Shown: in pieces, positions 49,155 to 58,598 of the stretch | Layout of the letters: each line of letters begins with the position of its first letter | Numbering within the stretch: position 1 is the first letter of the stretch | IMG/VR virus record: IMGVR_UViG_3300046514_000338 | Coordinates: 10,937-74,936 of that record | Direction: 5' to 3' (one strand) | Length of the DNA stretch: 64,000 bases | Source of the DNA: a virus | Made by a program: the position numbers and the translations under genes | The notes under the pieces: model-generated | The model's input: the letters and a program-made list of their open reading frames with translations, nothing else | Databases searched by the model: none | What the model was told of the DNA's origin: nothing

Positions 49155-49678
49155 TGCCAACAACAGCAGAAATATTATCATTTGCGCCGGGAGCAGCTTA
49201 CCTTGCTGCAAATAATGTAGGCAAGTCAAATCTCTATAATAACGGTGCAACACTCAACCCAAATCTACCACAACAGATATATGCGCTCTACTTTGTTCTG
49301 AATAAAATATATACACTTGACCCTAACTATTCGGGTCTTTATGCAAATGTTCAATACTTGTGGGAAATAATGGGAAGATATGGCCTAGCCTCACAGGGAT
49401 TATCAGGAAGTGGCGGGTCTGCCGGTGGTATCACGCCTACGGGTCTATTCCCTATATTTATTACGAGTTCAAACTTCACTACTGCAACGGCGTACAATAA
49501 CCCAAACATAGTTGGTCAGAACATAGCAATATTTGTAAATGAATATTCTCAGCAGTGGATGGTTGCGGGCGCAACTACATTTACCATGACCTCAACCGGA
49601 ATAAACATAACACTACCGGGTTTTGATGCCACTGCATTTCAGTACACTATATTAATTGATAAACTCGGAAGCGGATGA
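49154..49678 (+). CDS. Putative tail / fibre adaptor protein
   Basis: Position; Gly linker; beta-rich C-terminus. Confidence 0.5.
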   Translation: MPTTAEILSFAPGAAYLAANNVGKSNLYNNGATLNPNLPQQIYALYFVLNKIYTLDPNYSGLYANVQYLWEIMGRYGLASQGLSGSGGSAGGITPTGLFPIFITSSNFTTATAYNNPNIVGQNIAIFVNEYSQQWMVAGATTFTMTSTGINITLPGFDATAFQYTILIDKLGSG

Positions 49679-51978
49679 AAAAATTAATCGCTATAATATT
49701 TATCCTGTTCTCATTTTCTGCAATAGCGCAGCAAGTAGTACCGCGTTCAAACGGGTCTATAACTATTCAGGACTACAGAAGTTACCCAAAATATAATTTA
49801 TTTGTTCCAACATATGACGATACTATTGCTGCCAATACTGGCACAAATCCTGGGTTGAATTTAGTTGGAGCAATAATATTCACAACAACAGACCAAAACT
49901 TTTGGGGTCGCAAAGCACTTTCTGGAACAACTGGGCTATATTGGTCTTCTCTTGGCGGCGGGGCAGCAAACGCAAGAAACGCATTAAATGTAAACAATGG
50001 ATTTGTAGAAATAGGCGGCGCGGCAACAAAGCTAGATTCTATATTTATAGGCTCACAGGACTTTCCTCCAAGCTATCCATTTAGCATAGCAGAGCATCCT
50101 AATAATGCCAATGCCCTTACTGTTGATTTTTCCCAAACAGGCGCAGGTGGCGTAACAGCAGGAGCGGTAACATTAACTAATAAAGATTTTTCAGGCGTTG
50201 GATTTGGATTCATTGGGTTAGACCCCGGATTTGTCCGTGACCAAGTTGAAAATACTACTACACCTACGGACCCCGGTGGCTGTTGTGGTGGTTATAGAAG
50301 CACCGCAGTTGGGTTCGCGGCAAAACTAACTTACGCAAATATGGTTTCGCAATGGTTCATGGGAGTTGAAAACAATGGCTTTGCTGATTCAGCATTAATG
50401 ATACGATGTACCGGGAGAAACATTCAGTTTGCAGTAGATAATAACGGTTCGTTTTGGTTCAAGGGTTCAGCATCGAATATGACTAGCGTCTATGGCGGCT
50501 TCATGGGTGTCAGCAATGGCACAGGAAGATTTGGTGTAGGCACAACAACGCCGGGACAAAAATTGACGGTAATAGGCTCTGGTAGCTTTACTGATTCACT
50601 TTCAATTTGGACACCCGTCTCTGTATCTGGGAATGATTCCGTCTTAGTTAAAAGCGGAAACTTAGTGAAAGCAATTGTACAATCTTCTATAACCGGAGTA
50701 AATATTTATAGTGCAGATGGAACATTGTCAGCAAACAGAACGTTAACCGGAGCGGCTAATTCTCTCATCTTCTCTGGGCTAGGAGGATTTAAATTTGACC
50801 AGCAACCAGTAGTACAGGTAAATTCCACAAATGTTAGCGGGACTACAATTAACTCATCTCTTGATTTGTCTAATTCCAATCTAACGACAGGAACGGGATT
50901 TTATAATGTTGGTAATGCCCTTACAACAGGTGTATTGGAACAAATTTCAACTACATCAACTACGCTTGCAGCAGGGAATAGATTGCTAGAATTAAGTATG
51001 TCAGGAGCAAACGGGACTAATGCTATTACAGCAAACGCATTACTAGTATCTGTTATAAATACTAATGCTACATCTGGAACTAACACCGCCGCTATATTCA
51101 AAGCATCAGGCGCAACAACGGCTAACTGGGCAGTATTTACAGGTTCAGTAACAGGAGGCGATGGGCGGATAAATGTGAATAATGCCACCAATGTAGCCAA
51201 CCAAGTAATAGTAATAAAATCATTGACCAACACAGCAGGGGATGGTATAGTAATTAAATCAAACAATGAAACCTCCAATATGCAAATAGGCTATCAAACT
51301 ATTGCAACAAATGGAGGAATGATTTTAAATAGTTCTGCAACTGGCGTTCAGGTTCAATCAAGATTATATGTAGGAGCATCTGGAACATCGCCAACTGCGC
51401 TTATTCATATTTTAGGGGGAACTACATCGGCCAATTCCGCCCCAATAAAACTAACGTCAGGAACTTCAATGAGTACCGCAGAGGCAGGGTCATTTGAATA
51501 TACAACACCTCAGTTATTTTTTACCAATGGTGGCGCACAACGTCAAGAATTATTTCAGGGACAACAATCAAGAGTATCTACTCAATTTGATAAGGCCAAT
51601 GCCACTCTTGCGGATATTACGGGACTAACAGCTACATTGGTAGCTGGTAAAACATATAGGTTTGAAACCGTTCTATACACTACATCAAATGTAGCTTCAG
51701 GTGTTAAATTTGCGATAGCCGGTACAGCAACAGCAACGAATATAATTTATGAAGCAGTGGTTATAGACGCAAATGTTAATGCTGCGCAAACAAGAGCAAC
51801 CGGATTAGCCACAACGGTAGGTGCAGTAACAGCAGTTACCAATGCCCTATGTAAAATAACAGGCACAATAACTGTAAATGCAGCCGGAACATTAACGGTT
51901 CAATTTGCGGATAATGCAGGAGTAAATACTAGCAGCGTACTTGTGGGCAGTACGTTTGTGGTAACAGAAATGTTATAA
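49675..51978 (+). CDS. Tail-fibre-like protein with an N-terminal Sec signal peptide
   Basis: MKKLIAIIFILFSFSAIA-Q; fibre motifs GRFGVGTTTP..KL.V.G, NIYSADGTL..NRT and PTA.IHI..GT. Confidence 0.7.
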   Translation: MKKLIAIIFILFSFSAIAQQVVPRSNGSITIQDYRSYPKYNLFVPTYDDTIAANTGTNPGLNLVGAIIFTTTDQNFWGRKALSGTTGLYWSSLGGGAANARNALNVNNGFVEIGGAATKLDSIFIGSQDFPPSYPFSIAEHPNNANALTVDFSQTGAGGVTAGAVTLTNKDFSGVGFGFIGLDPGFVRDQVENTTTPTDPGGCCGGYRSTAVGFAAKLTYANMVSQWFMGVENNGFADSALMIRCTGRNIQFAVDNNGSFWFKGSASNMTSVYGGFMGVSNGTGRFGVGTTTPGQKLTVIGSGSFTDSLSIWTPVSVSGNDSVLVKSGNLVKAIVQSSITGVNIYSADGTLSANRTLTGAANSLIFSGLGGFKFDQQPVVQVNSTNVSGTTINSSLDLSNSNLTTGTGFYNVGNALTTGVLEQISTTSTTLAAGNRLLELSMSGANGTNAITANALLVSVINTNATSGTNTAAIFKASGATTANWAVFTGSVTGGDGRINVNNATNVANQVIVIKSLTNTAGDGIVIKSNNETSNMQIGYQTIATNGGMILNSSATGVQVQSRLYVGASGTSPTALIHILGGTTSANSAPIKLTSGTSMSTAEAGSFEYTTPQLFFTNGGAQRQELFQGQQSRVSTQFDKANATLADITGLTATLVAGKTYRFETVLYTTSNVASGVKFAIAGTATATNIIYEAVVIDANVNAAQTRATGLATTVGAVTAVTNALCKITGTITVNAAGTLTVQFADNAGVNTSSVLVGSTFVVTEML

Positions 51979-51995
51979 ACTAAAAAATAATTTAT

Positions 51996-53012
51996 ATGCA
52001 ACAGAATTATTTAGTAGATGCGAACAGCAATGTATTGGTAGAAACAAATGTTACCATTACTCCGGTAACGCCTCCGCCACCAACCAATCAGCCACCAGTG
52101 GTTAATGCGGGGGCTAATCAAACAGTTACTTTGCCAGCCAATGCCACCCTCAAAGGAACAGCAAGTGACCCTGACGGAACGGTAGTAAGTTATTTGTGGG
52201 AGCAAGTAGCTGGTGGGGCTGCAACAATAACTAATCCTAATTCAGCTACAACAACAGTTACCTCGTTAGCAGCAGGTAATTATATTTTCAGATTGACAGT
52301 ACAGGATGATAAAGGGGCAACTTCAAGTTCGACAACCAATGTACAGGTATTGCCGGTGGTCGTTCCTCCCGTTGATAATCCATCGTATCAAAATCCCTAC
52401 AATGTTCCAAGTGACATAAATTCAAATCAACTTGGCCGTGGTGGTTTAAGTTCAATACAATTTCTTTCCGGTGGTAATTCATTCAGGTCTGAAGTAAGAG
52501 CCGGTGACCCCGCTATTTCACAAGGATGGCGTAGCGAGCAACAATATGACCAAGCATCTCAAAATCCAACTGAAGGAAGGGTTGAGTATGATGTGTTCTT
52601 TGAAAATTGGAAAGATGTTTCTGGTAATGGCGGCGGTCACTCAGTTCAATGGCATCCAAATACAGGAGGTGGCAGCGCAATAATCTCAATGCAGAATTAT
52701 GCCATGAAATTTGATATTGTTCGCTCAATTGGTGGAACAAACTGGCACCAGCAAGGCACATTAAGGTCGGTAATACCGAATAAGTGGTATCACATGAAAT
52801 GGGAGTTCAGGTGGTCAACAGGGGCAGATGGCTATGTCAGGCTTTATATGGACGGAGAAACAACGCCTTATTTCTCATTCAATGGGAAAACAGCAGATGG
52901 AAGTGGACAGTATTTCAAATTAGGACAGAACAGGTGGCCTTGGGGTTCAGCGACGACGATGGGTTCTACAACTGTATGCTATTATGATAACTTAAAAATA
53001 TACAGTGTTTAA
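51996..53012 (+). CDS. PKD-domain + polysaccharide lyase (heparin lyase I-like jelly roll) protein
   Basis: NQPPVVNAG.NQ.VTLP...L.G..SDPDG...SY.W.Q...FRLTV.DD.GA; lyase motifs R.E...RSE, QWH, YFK.G..R, YYD. Confidence 0.75.
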   Translation: MQQNYLVDANSNVLVETNVTITPVTPPPPTNQPPVVNAGANQTVTLPANATLKGTASDPDGTVVSYLWEQVAGGAATITNPNSATTTVTSLAAGNYIFRLTVQDDKGATSSSTTNVQVLPVVVPPVDNPSYQNPYNVPSDINSNQLGRGGLSSIQFLSGGNSFRSEVRAGDPAISQGWRSEQQYDQASQNPTEGRVEYDVFFENWKDVSGNGGGHSVQWHPNTGGGSAIISMQNYAMKFDIVRSIGGTNWHQQGTLRSVIPNKWYHMKWEFRWSTGADGYVRLYMDGETTPYFSFNGKTADGSGQYFKLGQNRWPWGSATTMGSTTVCYYDNLKIYSV

Positions 53013-53295
53013 GGACAGCCAAACGATAGGTGTTTTTTTAGCAGTAGCTATTTTAGCCGGGATAGTATTATTAGCAACAAAAGCAACTAAAAGTTTAATT
53101 GAAAAAGATAAGATTTCATTTCTTTTTGTCTTATTAGTATCGTTGCTAGCTGGTGTTTGGGTGATAGATAAAGTGGTTGCATTTAAAACCCATTTGTTAG
53201 AGCCTGACGAAACAAAATTTATTGAAACAACGATGGCAGCAATTATATTTTCTATTATGAACAGGGCAAAAGAAAATAAAGAACCACAAAAATAA
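53005..53295 (+). CDS. Membrane protein (2-3 TM)
   Basis: Hydrophobic helices. Confidence 0.55.
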   Translation: MFKDSQTIGVFLAVAILAGIVLLATKATKSLIEKDKISFLFVLLVSLLAGVWVIDKVVAFKTHLLEPDETKFIETTMAAIIFSIMNRAKENKEPQK

Positions 53296-53302
53296 TAATA
53301 CC

Positions 53303-53704
53303 ATGCACCATTTTATTGCCGAAACACTACCGCTCTTTGGATTTGGGATTTTAGGAATATGTATAATGGCTCTTGTGAAGATGAATGATATTAATAATAT
53401 GAACGATAACTATACCTTCAAAATAGTTACCGCTAAATTTCTTTCCCGCGAGTGGCCTTCTTATGCTCTATCCATTTTAATAGTCCTAGTTACTTGCTTA
53501 ACCCATGATGAGTGGCTTAGTGCCTTTGCGGATGGTGGCCCATTAGCTAAAATAGCAGAAGTTCCGATAGGCGTAAAGCTAGCAATGGTACTTTGGGGTA
53601 TAGCGGGGCAATATTTTTTATACAAGCTACTTGGTAAGATGAAAACGCCAGCAGCAGCTATTGCATTAGACGCAAAGCAGCAGCAAGAAACGAAAGACAA
53701 GTGA
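53303..53704 (+). CDS. Membrane protein (3 TM), holin candidate
   Basis: Three hydrophobic helices; charged C-terminus. Confidence 0.55.
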   Translation: MHHFIAETLPLFGFGILGICIMALVKMNDINNMNDNYTFKIVTAKFLSREWPSYALSILIVLVTCLTHDEWLSAFADGGPLAKIAEVPIGVKLAMVLWGIAGQYFLYKLLGKMKTPAAAIALDAKQQQETKDK

Positions 53705-53949
53705 ATGCTTTTGACAATATAAAACCTACTAATATGCCTCTACAAGATGCAGACAAAGACACCGACATATTGCTCGGTGAAATTAAATCAGGAGTGCCGG
53801 GGAACCTTACGGCCATTCATGCAAAATTGGATGAGTTGATTGACAACAGGATTGTAATGCGCGGAGATGTTGACGACATTGTTATTGGTGATGCTGAAGT
53901 GAATAGAGGTGGTATCAGACCGAAGCATGCACCAATTGTTCCCGCATGA
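53701..53949 (+). CDS. Small acidic soluble protein
   Basis: Translationally coupled at both ends. Confidence 0.5.
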   Translation: MNAFDNIKPTNMPLQDADKDTDILLGEIKSGVPGNLTAIHAKLDELIDNRIVMRGDVDDIVIGDAEVNRGGIRPKHAPIVPA

Positions 53950-54320
53950 AACTCGCTGTGATTTACATATGGGTATTTGTGCTTGGGTCACTTGGGTCAT
54001 TGATATACGCAGATTATTCTCTCTATCACACCAATGAAACATTTGACCAGGCTAGGAATACGTGGGATGACCTGTACTATATATGGGAGTCTGGAAAGGA
54101 TTTACTGATTATGGTGTTTATTTACAGGTGGACAAAATTGGCTATTAAACCTTTGATAATTTATTGTTCAATATTAGTATTATGGGCACTAACGACTCCT
54201 TTCACGGGGTGGGACAGGAACAACCCACTAACGGTCACGATGATATTTACGGTCCTGCTTCTTGGCGTGATTACATTCTTAATAAAAGACCTAAAAATGT
54301 ACGCGCAAAAAGGGCTGTAG
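53946..54320 (+). CDS. Membrane protein (4 TM)
   Basis: Hydrophobic helices. Confidence 0.55.
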   Translation: MKLAVIYIWVFVLGSLGSLIYADYSLYHTNETFDQARNTWDDLYYIWESGKDLLIMVFIYRWTKLAIKPLIIYCSILVLWALTTPFTGWDRNNPLTVTMIFTVLLLGVITFLIKDLKMYAQKGL

Positions 54321-54535
54321 TGTTGTTCAGTGTAGATATTATTATGCTTGGCATTTTAATAGGAATAATAAAAACACTTACCGAATCAAAGGAATTGTTG
54401 GCTTTTATAGTATCTATAGCGTGGGTAGCAGGGAGAACAGTTATTATAGCCTTTAAGATTTTGTCGTTTTGGGGTAAGCATTCTGAAAGTATTCAGAGGG
54501 GTATTAGGGCTATCAAAGAGATGTTCAAAGAGTAA
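54320..54535 (+). CDS. Small membrane protein, holin candidate (start uncertain)
   Basis: Two TM helices and a basic tail. Confidence 0.45.
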   Translation: MLFSVDIIMLGILIGIIKTLTESKELLAFIVSIAWVAGRTVIIAFKILSFWGKHSESIQRGIRAIKEMFKE

Positions 54536-54552
54536 CTTTAAAATAAAACTAT

Positions 54553-54825
54553 ATGCTATCATTTATCTTTCTAAACATCTTTCATACAGGTGGCCTAACG
54601 CTAGGTCTTACAATTGTGTGGCTGATACTCGCCGGGATATTCGGCTTTCAATCTTACTACGCGCATCATTCTGAAGATGGTTTTTATGGCACAGACGGGC
54701 AATGGGTAAAGTTAGGAGATAAAACGCCGTGGTTCAAGATTATTCAATTTAAAGCGTTCGTTGCTGTAACTATTCTGTATGTAGTGGTAATGATAATAGT
54801 AGCATCAGACTACAAAGGAGTGTAA
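54553..54825 (+). CDS. Membrane protein (2 TM)
   Basis: Hydrophobic helices. Confidence 0.55.
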   Translation: MLSFIFLNIFHTGGLTLGLTIVWLILAGIFGFQSYYAHHSEDGFYGTDGQWVKLGDKTPWFKIIQFKAFVAVTILYVVVMIIVASDYKGV

Positions 54826-54826
54826 T

Positions 54827-55177
54827 ATGAATTTTATAAGCCTTATTTGTTTTATTGTAGCACCGATGTTTAAGGCACTTGCAGATGTATGCAATAACAG
54901 GTTTAACATAAGTGTGCTGAAAAACAAAAACCCAAAGTTTTGGGCTAAAGATACTAGCGCCCAATATGCGCCAAAAATATTTAGCTACAGAGTTGACGCA
55001 TGGCACTTATCAATGTCAATGATGCTAGTGCTCTTGATTATGTTTGCCATCTTTCACCATCCAGTAGGTAAATGGTATGTAGAACTAGTTATATGGGGAG
55101 TGTATTGGAACGCATGCTTTAATATCTTCTATAACAAAATTCTTATGGACAGTACCTATCACAAACAAAAGAAATAA
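54827..55177 (+). CDS. Membrane protein with DAWHL motif
   Basis: KA.AD....F..S, DAWHL, F..FY; recurrent phage membrane family. Confidence 0.6.
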   Translation: MNFISLICFIVAPMFKALADVCNNRFNISVLKNKNPKFWAKDTSAQYAPKIFSYRVDAWHLSMSMMLVLLIMFAIFHHPVGKWYVELVIWGVYWNACFNIFYNKILMDSTYHKQKK

Positions 55178-55180
55178 GCC

Positions 55181-55570
55181 GTGTACACAATTGATAAACG
55201 AAAGCTAGTTGTTTATGTCGCTGCCATTTCAGCATTAGTATTAGTTGGAGTATTTCTAGGTCGGTGCAGCAAACCATCTATAGCATCCGACAACACATGG
55301 TTTAATGAATTAATTAAATCAAAAGATTCAATCAATGCCATGCTTACACATGAGCGGCTTGTCTACCAAGAATATATAAACGCCCTTAAAAATGGCTTTT
55401 ACCGTCTACATGAAAGCGATTCAATCATTACACAACATTTAATAGATGACCATAAACTTTACCAAAAATTAAATGACAAATTACAGATGGTGTCGGTTCG
55501 TGTTCGCGCCGCTAGTGTGTCTAACGATAGCTTGCGGCTCTTACTCGCAACCGAATTTGGACACAATTAA
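55181..55570 (+). CDS. Spanin-like protein (N-terminal anchor + coiled coil)
   Basis: TM or possible lipobox LGRC; coiled coil; overlaps the next gene. Confidence 0.5.
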   Translation: MYTIDKRKLVVYVAAISALVLVGVFLGRCSKPSIASDNTWFNELIKSKDSINAMLTHERLVYQEYINALKNGFYRLHESDSIITQHLIDDHKLYQKLNDKLQMVSVRVRAASVSNDSLRLLLATEFGHN

Positions 55571-55916
55571 CGTCAATCGTACCCATTTCATTAATGTCTT
55601 AGATGCAGGGCTTAAAGGGAAGGTATATAAAGAACAAAGGGATAGTCTTCTTTCAATTATATCAGGGTATGATAGACTTATTTCTACTAAAAACGAAGAG
55701 TTGAAAAACCTTTTATCCCAAACCGCTAACCAAGAAAAGCAAAAAATAGTTTTTGAAAAACAGATTGCCAACATGACTAGTGAAAGAGATGCGTTTCAAA
55801 AACAGTTAAACGGTATCACTAAAATGTATCAAAAGGAAAAAAGAAAAAGCACATGGTTTAAAATAACTACCGTGGTTGTGGCTGTCGTGGGAGGAACCTT
55901 ATACCTTTTTAAGTAA
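55473..55916 (+). CDS. Spanin-like partner (signal peptide, coiled coil, C-terminal TM)
   Basis: Overlaps the previous gene in another frame; precedes the endolysin. Confidence 0.5.
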   Translation: MTNYRWCRFVFAPLVCLTIACGSYSQPNLDTINVNRTHFINVLDAGLKGKVYKEQRDSLLSIISGYDRLISTKNEELKNLLSQTANQEKQKIVFEKQIANMTSERDAFQKQLNGITKMYQKEKRKSTWFKITTVVVAVVGGTLYLFK

Positions 55917-55941
55917 CAAAACCAATTTAACCCTTATTAAT

Positions 55942-56376
55942 ATGAAATACTCACCAACAGATATTGCTCGTCAATATTTATTTGTACGGGAAGCAGGGCA
56001 AAACAAAGGCAATAGGGTAGAGGCTATTCAAAAATGGGGCGGCGGGGCTGCCGGGGATAGCTGGTGTTGCTGGTTTGTCACAATGGTTCTTGATATTTGC
56101 TATGAAGGGGAAAGCCCTATAAAAAGAATGGGAAGTTGTCAGTCTGTGTATGATTTGGCGAAGGGGAACGGCTGGCTAGTAGATACTCCCCAGATGAATG
56201 ATATATTCCTGTATGTAGATGATAACAACCACGCTCACCACATAGGGTTCATTACTGAGGGAGGCGCTGGCATTGCCGGGAATACTAGTGCGGATGGAGC
56301 AAGTTCAAACGGTGACAGGGTGGCGGAACATGGTATTTCCACAGGCTCCCATGTTAAGTATGTTCGTTATTATTAG
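55942..56376 (+). CDS. Endolysin, CHAP/NlpC-P60-type amidase/peptidase
   Basis: VRE.G.N.G..VE, SWCCWFV (catalytic Cys), HHIGFI (His), GNTS. Confidence 0.8.
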   Translation: MKYSPTDIARQYLFVREAGQNKGNRVEAIQKWGGGAAGDSWCCWFVTMVLDICYEGESPIKRMGSCQSVYDLAKGNGWLVDTPQMNDIFLYVDDNNHAHHIGFITEGGAGIAGNTSADGASSNGDRVAEHGISTGSHVKYVRYY

Positions 56377-56382
56377 GGCAAT

Positions 56383-56409
56383 AAAAAAGCCTCTTAAAAT
56401 AAGAGGCTT
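56383..56409. terminator. Terminator at the convergence of late and early transcription
   Basis: AAGCCTCTTA-AAA-TAAGAGGCTT; T-tract on the minus strand. Confidence 0.75.
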
Positions 56410-56487
56410 CGATGTTAATTAGGGGTTTCCGTAATACGGATAAGTCGCAAATCCCAATCCTTAATGTAGGTACTGCCTATCTTTTTT

Positions 56488-56973
56488 CTAGCTATCCAGT
56501 TGTTCACCACTTGGCGTGTTACTTTCTTCTTGGCTGCGTACTGTATCGGTGTCATCCACTTCTTGCTGTCCAAATGTACTATCATGTGTTTTTGGTTTAG
56601 AGATGTAATAGTAAAAAGAGATTTTGTCTCTTGGATTTGTTTGATTTAATACATTGCCATCAATCATAGTAAAAATATGGCCTCCAACCCTAATAATGTA
56701 AATACCATTTGTATGAGTTTTTTGGAATCGGCCTACCGTCATTCCCGGCCTCCCGTGATAACCAACTCTGCGACCCATCAACTGCCTGCTTTTTTTAAAT
56801 TGATTTACTCGTAAAACGTCCCGTAAAGAAAATCCTTTGTTGTGTACCCGGCCAGCTTTTTTGCACATATTATATGCTGTTGGGTAATCTAGGTCAAATG
56901 CGTAGGCTAGGGCTATTACGATACAGTCATTTGTGTTATCAGAAGACCTACCGTCTTTTAAATAAACATTCAT
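56488..56973 (-). CDS. Papain-like (C39-like) putative peptidase
   Basis: NDC...A.A.A....Y..AY; Y.I...GH....IDG. Confidence 0.55.
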   Translation of the reverse strand: MNVYLKDGRSSDNTNDCIVIALAYAFDLDYPTAYNMCKKAGRVHNKGFSLRDVLRVNQFKKSRQLMGRRVGYHGRPGMTVGRFQKTHTNGIYIIRVGGHIFTMIDGNVLNQTNPRDKISFYYYISKPKTHDSTFGQQEVDDTDTVRSQEESNTPSGEQLDS

Positions 56974-57001
56974 GTTGTACTGTTTTGTTGTAGTTAAGAA
57001 A

Positions 57002-57166
57002 TTAAAGTTTATCAATGTATTGTTTTGCACCTTTTAATGTCTTGTGGCCTGTTTGCAATGCGCCAATAACGGGCACAAACTGAACGGTAACAAATGGGTG
57101 CGAGTCCTGTTTATCAGATTCATGTCTGATTTCAATTCCTTTGTAGATTTCAATTAATGTTGTCAT
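57002..57166 (-). CDS. Small hypothetical protein
   Basis: YKG.EI...TLK.AK..ID; follows a promoter. Confidence 0.55.
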   Translation of the reverse strand: MTTLIEIYKGIEIRHESDKQDSHPFVTVQFVPVIGALQTGHKTLKGAKQYIDKL

Positions 57167-57209
57167 GTTGTTAAGTTTTATTATAGTTAAGAATGTCAAA
57201 TAACTAATA

Positions 57210-57241
57210 CAAAGATACGCAATGTTTACCACGTAAACAAA
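57210..57241 (-). promoter_or_regulatory. Bacteroidota promoter with a palindrome in the spacer
   Basis: TTTG-20-TATCTTTG; GTTTAC-CAC-GTAAAC in the spacer. Confidence 0.65.
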
Positions 57242-57350
57242 TAAAATATATTTAGGTTTGTCTAAACTTCGTAATTTTAAACAAAGGAAGTTATCAATTA
57301 AAAAAGTTATCCACATAAAGTAGTAAAAATATTTAGGTGTGTCTAAAATT

Positions 57351-57379
57351 AAAAAGTCCCGGCTAAGAATAACCGGGAC
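57351..57379 (-). terminator. Intrinsic terminator
   Basis: GTCCCGGTTA-TTCT-TAGCCGGGAC followed by TTTTT. Confidence 0.7.
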
Positions 57380-57420
57380 GTAATATGACAACCTTAACAA
57401 GTAATCAACAAGAACATTAC

Positions 57421-57624
57421 TTACTCATGCTCATCTCCGTCTACTTTAGATATTTGCTCATGTCCAATCTTTACGTTGTCGTAAACGCCTTTTCTATAGG
57501 CTAACGCGATGAGGTCTTGGCATGACTTAAATATGTTAGTATCTGTTTGCAAGGCATGAACAATTTGACCTATCATTAATGACTGCTCGTTCGGCTCTAG
57601 TTCGATATATTCAGGGCAATTCAT
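57421..57624 (-). CDS. Hypothetical protein
   Basis: 67 aa ORF with an AT-rich leader. Confidence 0.55.
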   Translation of the reverse strand: MNCPEYIELEPNEQSLMIGQIVHALQTDTNIFKSCQDLIALAYRKGVYDNVKIGHEQISKVDGDEHE

Positions 57625-57717
57625 GTTTTTATTTTTTAGGTCTAGTTATATAGAATAGGATGATTAAGCATATAATTGTAGCTAATATTGTTCGCATAGT
57701 TATTATCAGTTTTAAAA

Positions 57718-57960
57718 TTACCAATACTTTTCGATGTTGTCAACTAGGTACGGGGGGATGCAGCGACAAACTAGTTCCCGGTTATCCTGTAATTGCTCTT
57801 TTATGGTACGGATAATTTCATCAGTAGGTTTCTTTTCAACAAAGGCTAGCTTTATGCTCTCCCCAAAGATGGTATTATCCGCAACATATTTCTCTAGGTC
57901 AATGAGTGTCTTCAGCCGGCCAAATGAGCGGGCTAAGTCATGGCTTTTTTGTAGTTTCAT
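57718..57960 (-). CDS. Hypothetical protein
   Basis: ORF in operon. Confidence 0.5.
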   Translation of the reverse strand: MKLQKSHDLARSFGRLKTLIDLEKYVADNTIFGESIKLAFVEKKPTDEIIRTIKEQLQDNRELVCRCIPPYLVDNIEKYW

Positions 57961-58228
57961 TTATTTGTTGTTTAATAGCTTTTAGACAAATTTGGTTGAT
58001 GGAGCATATAAAGTCTATAGGGTTTTTAGCTACATGCTCAATATCCATCTTTGAAAATTGGTCAACAATTGAGTCAACGGCCTCTTTATAGGCCAATAAT
58101 TGCTCCTTTTCCTTTGTAAGTTCAACTACTTGCTTGCTGATAATATCATAGGCAGCGGCTTTTCCAATGTTTAACATTTGGTCATGCAAAAATTGTTGAA
58201 ACTCGTCCTTACGGTGTAGTATTTCCAT
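57938..58228 (-). CDS. Hypothetical protein
   Basis: ORF in operon. Confidence 0.55.
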   Translation of the reverse strand: MEILHRKDEFQQFLHDQMLNIGKAAAYDIISKQVVELTKEKEQLLAYKEAVDSIVDQFSKMDIEHVAKNPIDFICSINQICLKAIKQQINETTKKP

Positions 58229-58265
58229 AATATTACTATTTAGCGTGTTAATGAAAGGTGTTTTA

Positions 58266-58499
58266 TTAGTCCTGTCTAGGCATCATTGCATCTACATGCG
58301 CCTGTGATAAATAAGGACAAAGAAGTAGCTTAAATAACTCCGCTCTCGCTTTAGGCGAAATTCTCGCTCCATTTATCTCAAAGTTATCTCCGGGGTGTTT
58401 TATTACTATTCCCATGTCAAGTGCTGCGCTGATACCAAAATCAGCCATGTCTTTAAATTCTGCTTGGTCAATGTTGTTAATTGTTACTGTTAAATTCAT
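58266..58499 (-). CDS. Hypothetical protein
   Basis: ORF with an AT-rich leader. Confidence 0.55.
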   Translation of the reverse strand: MNLTVTINNIDQAEFKDMADFGISAALDMGIVIKHPGDNFEINGARISPKARAELFKLLLCPYLSQAHVDAMMPRQD

Positions 58500-58598
58500 G
58501 ATGTTTGTTTTTTTAAAAGTTAAAAAATAAGATAGCCTTGTGCCTAGTTGCCATCCGGCTACCTAATGCCGAAACTGTCAGGTAAACGGCAATTACCT

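Noticed and set aside
58525-58598. Twister, pistol or HDV-like ribozyme
   Set aside because: Structured, but the conserved catalytic nucleotides and topology could not be matched; reported as an antisense/pseudoknot element instead
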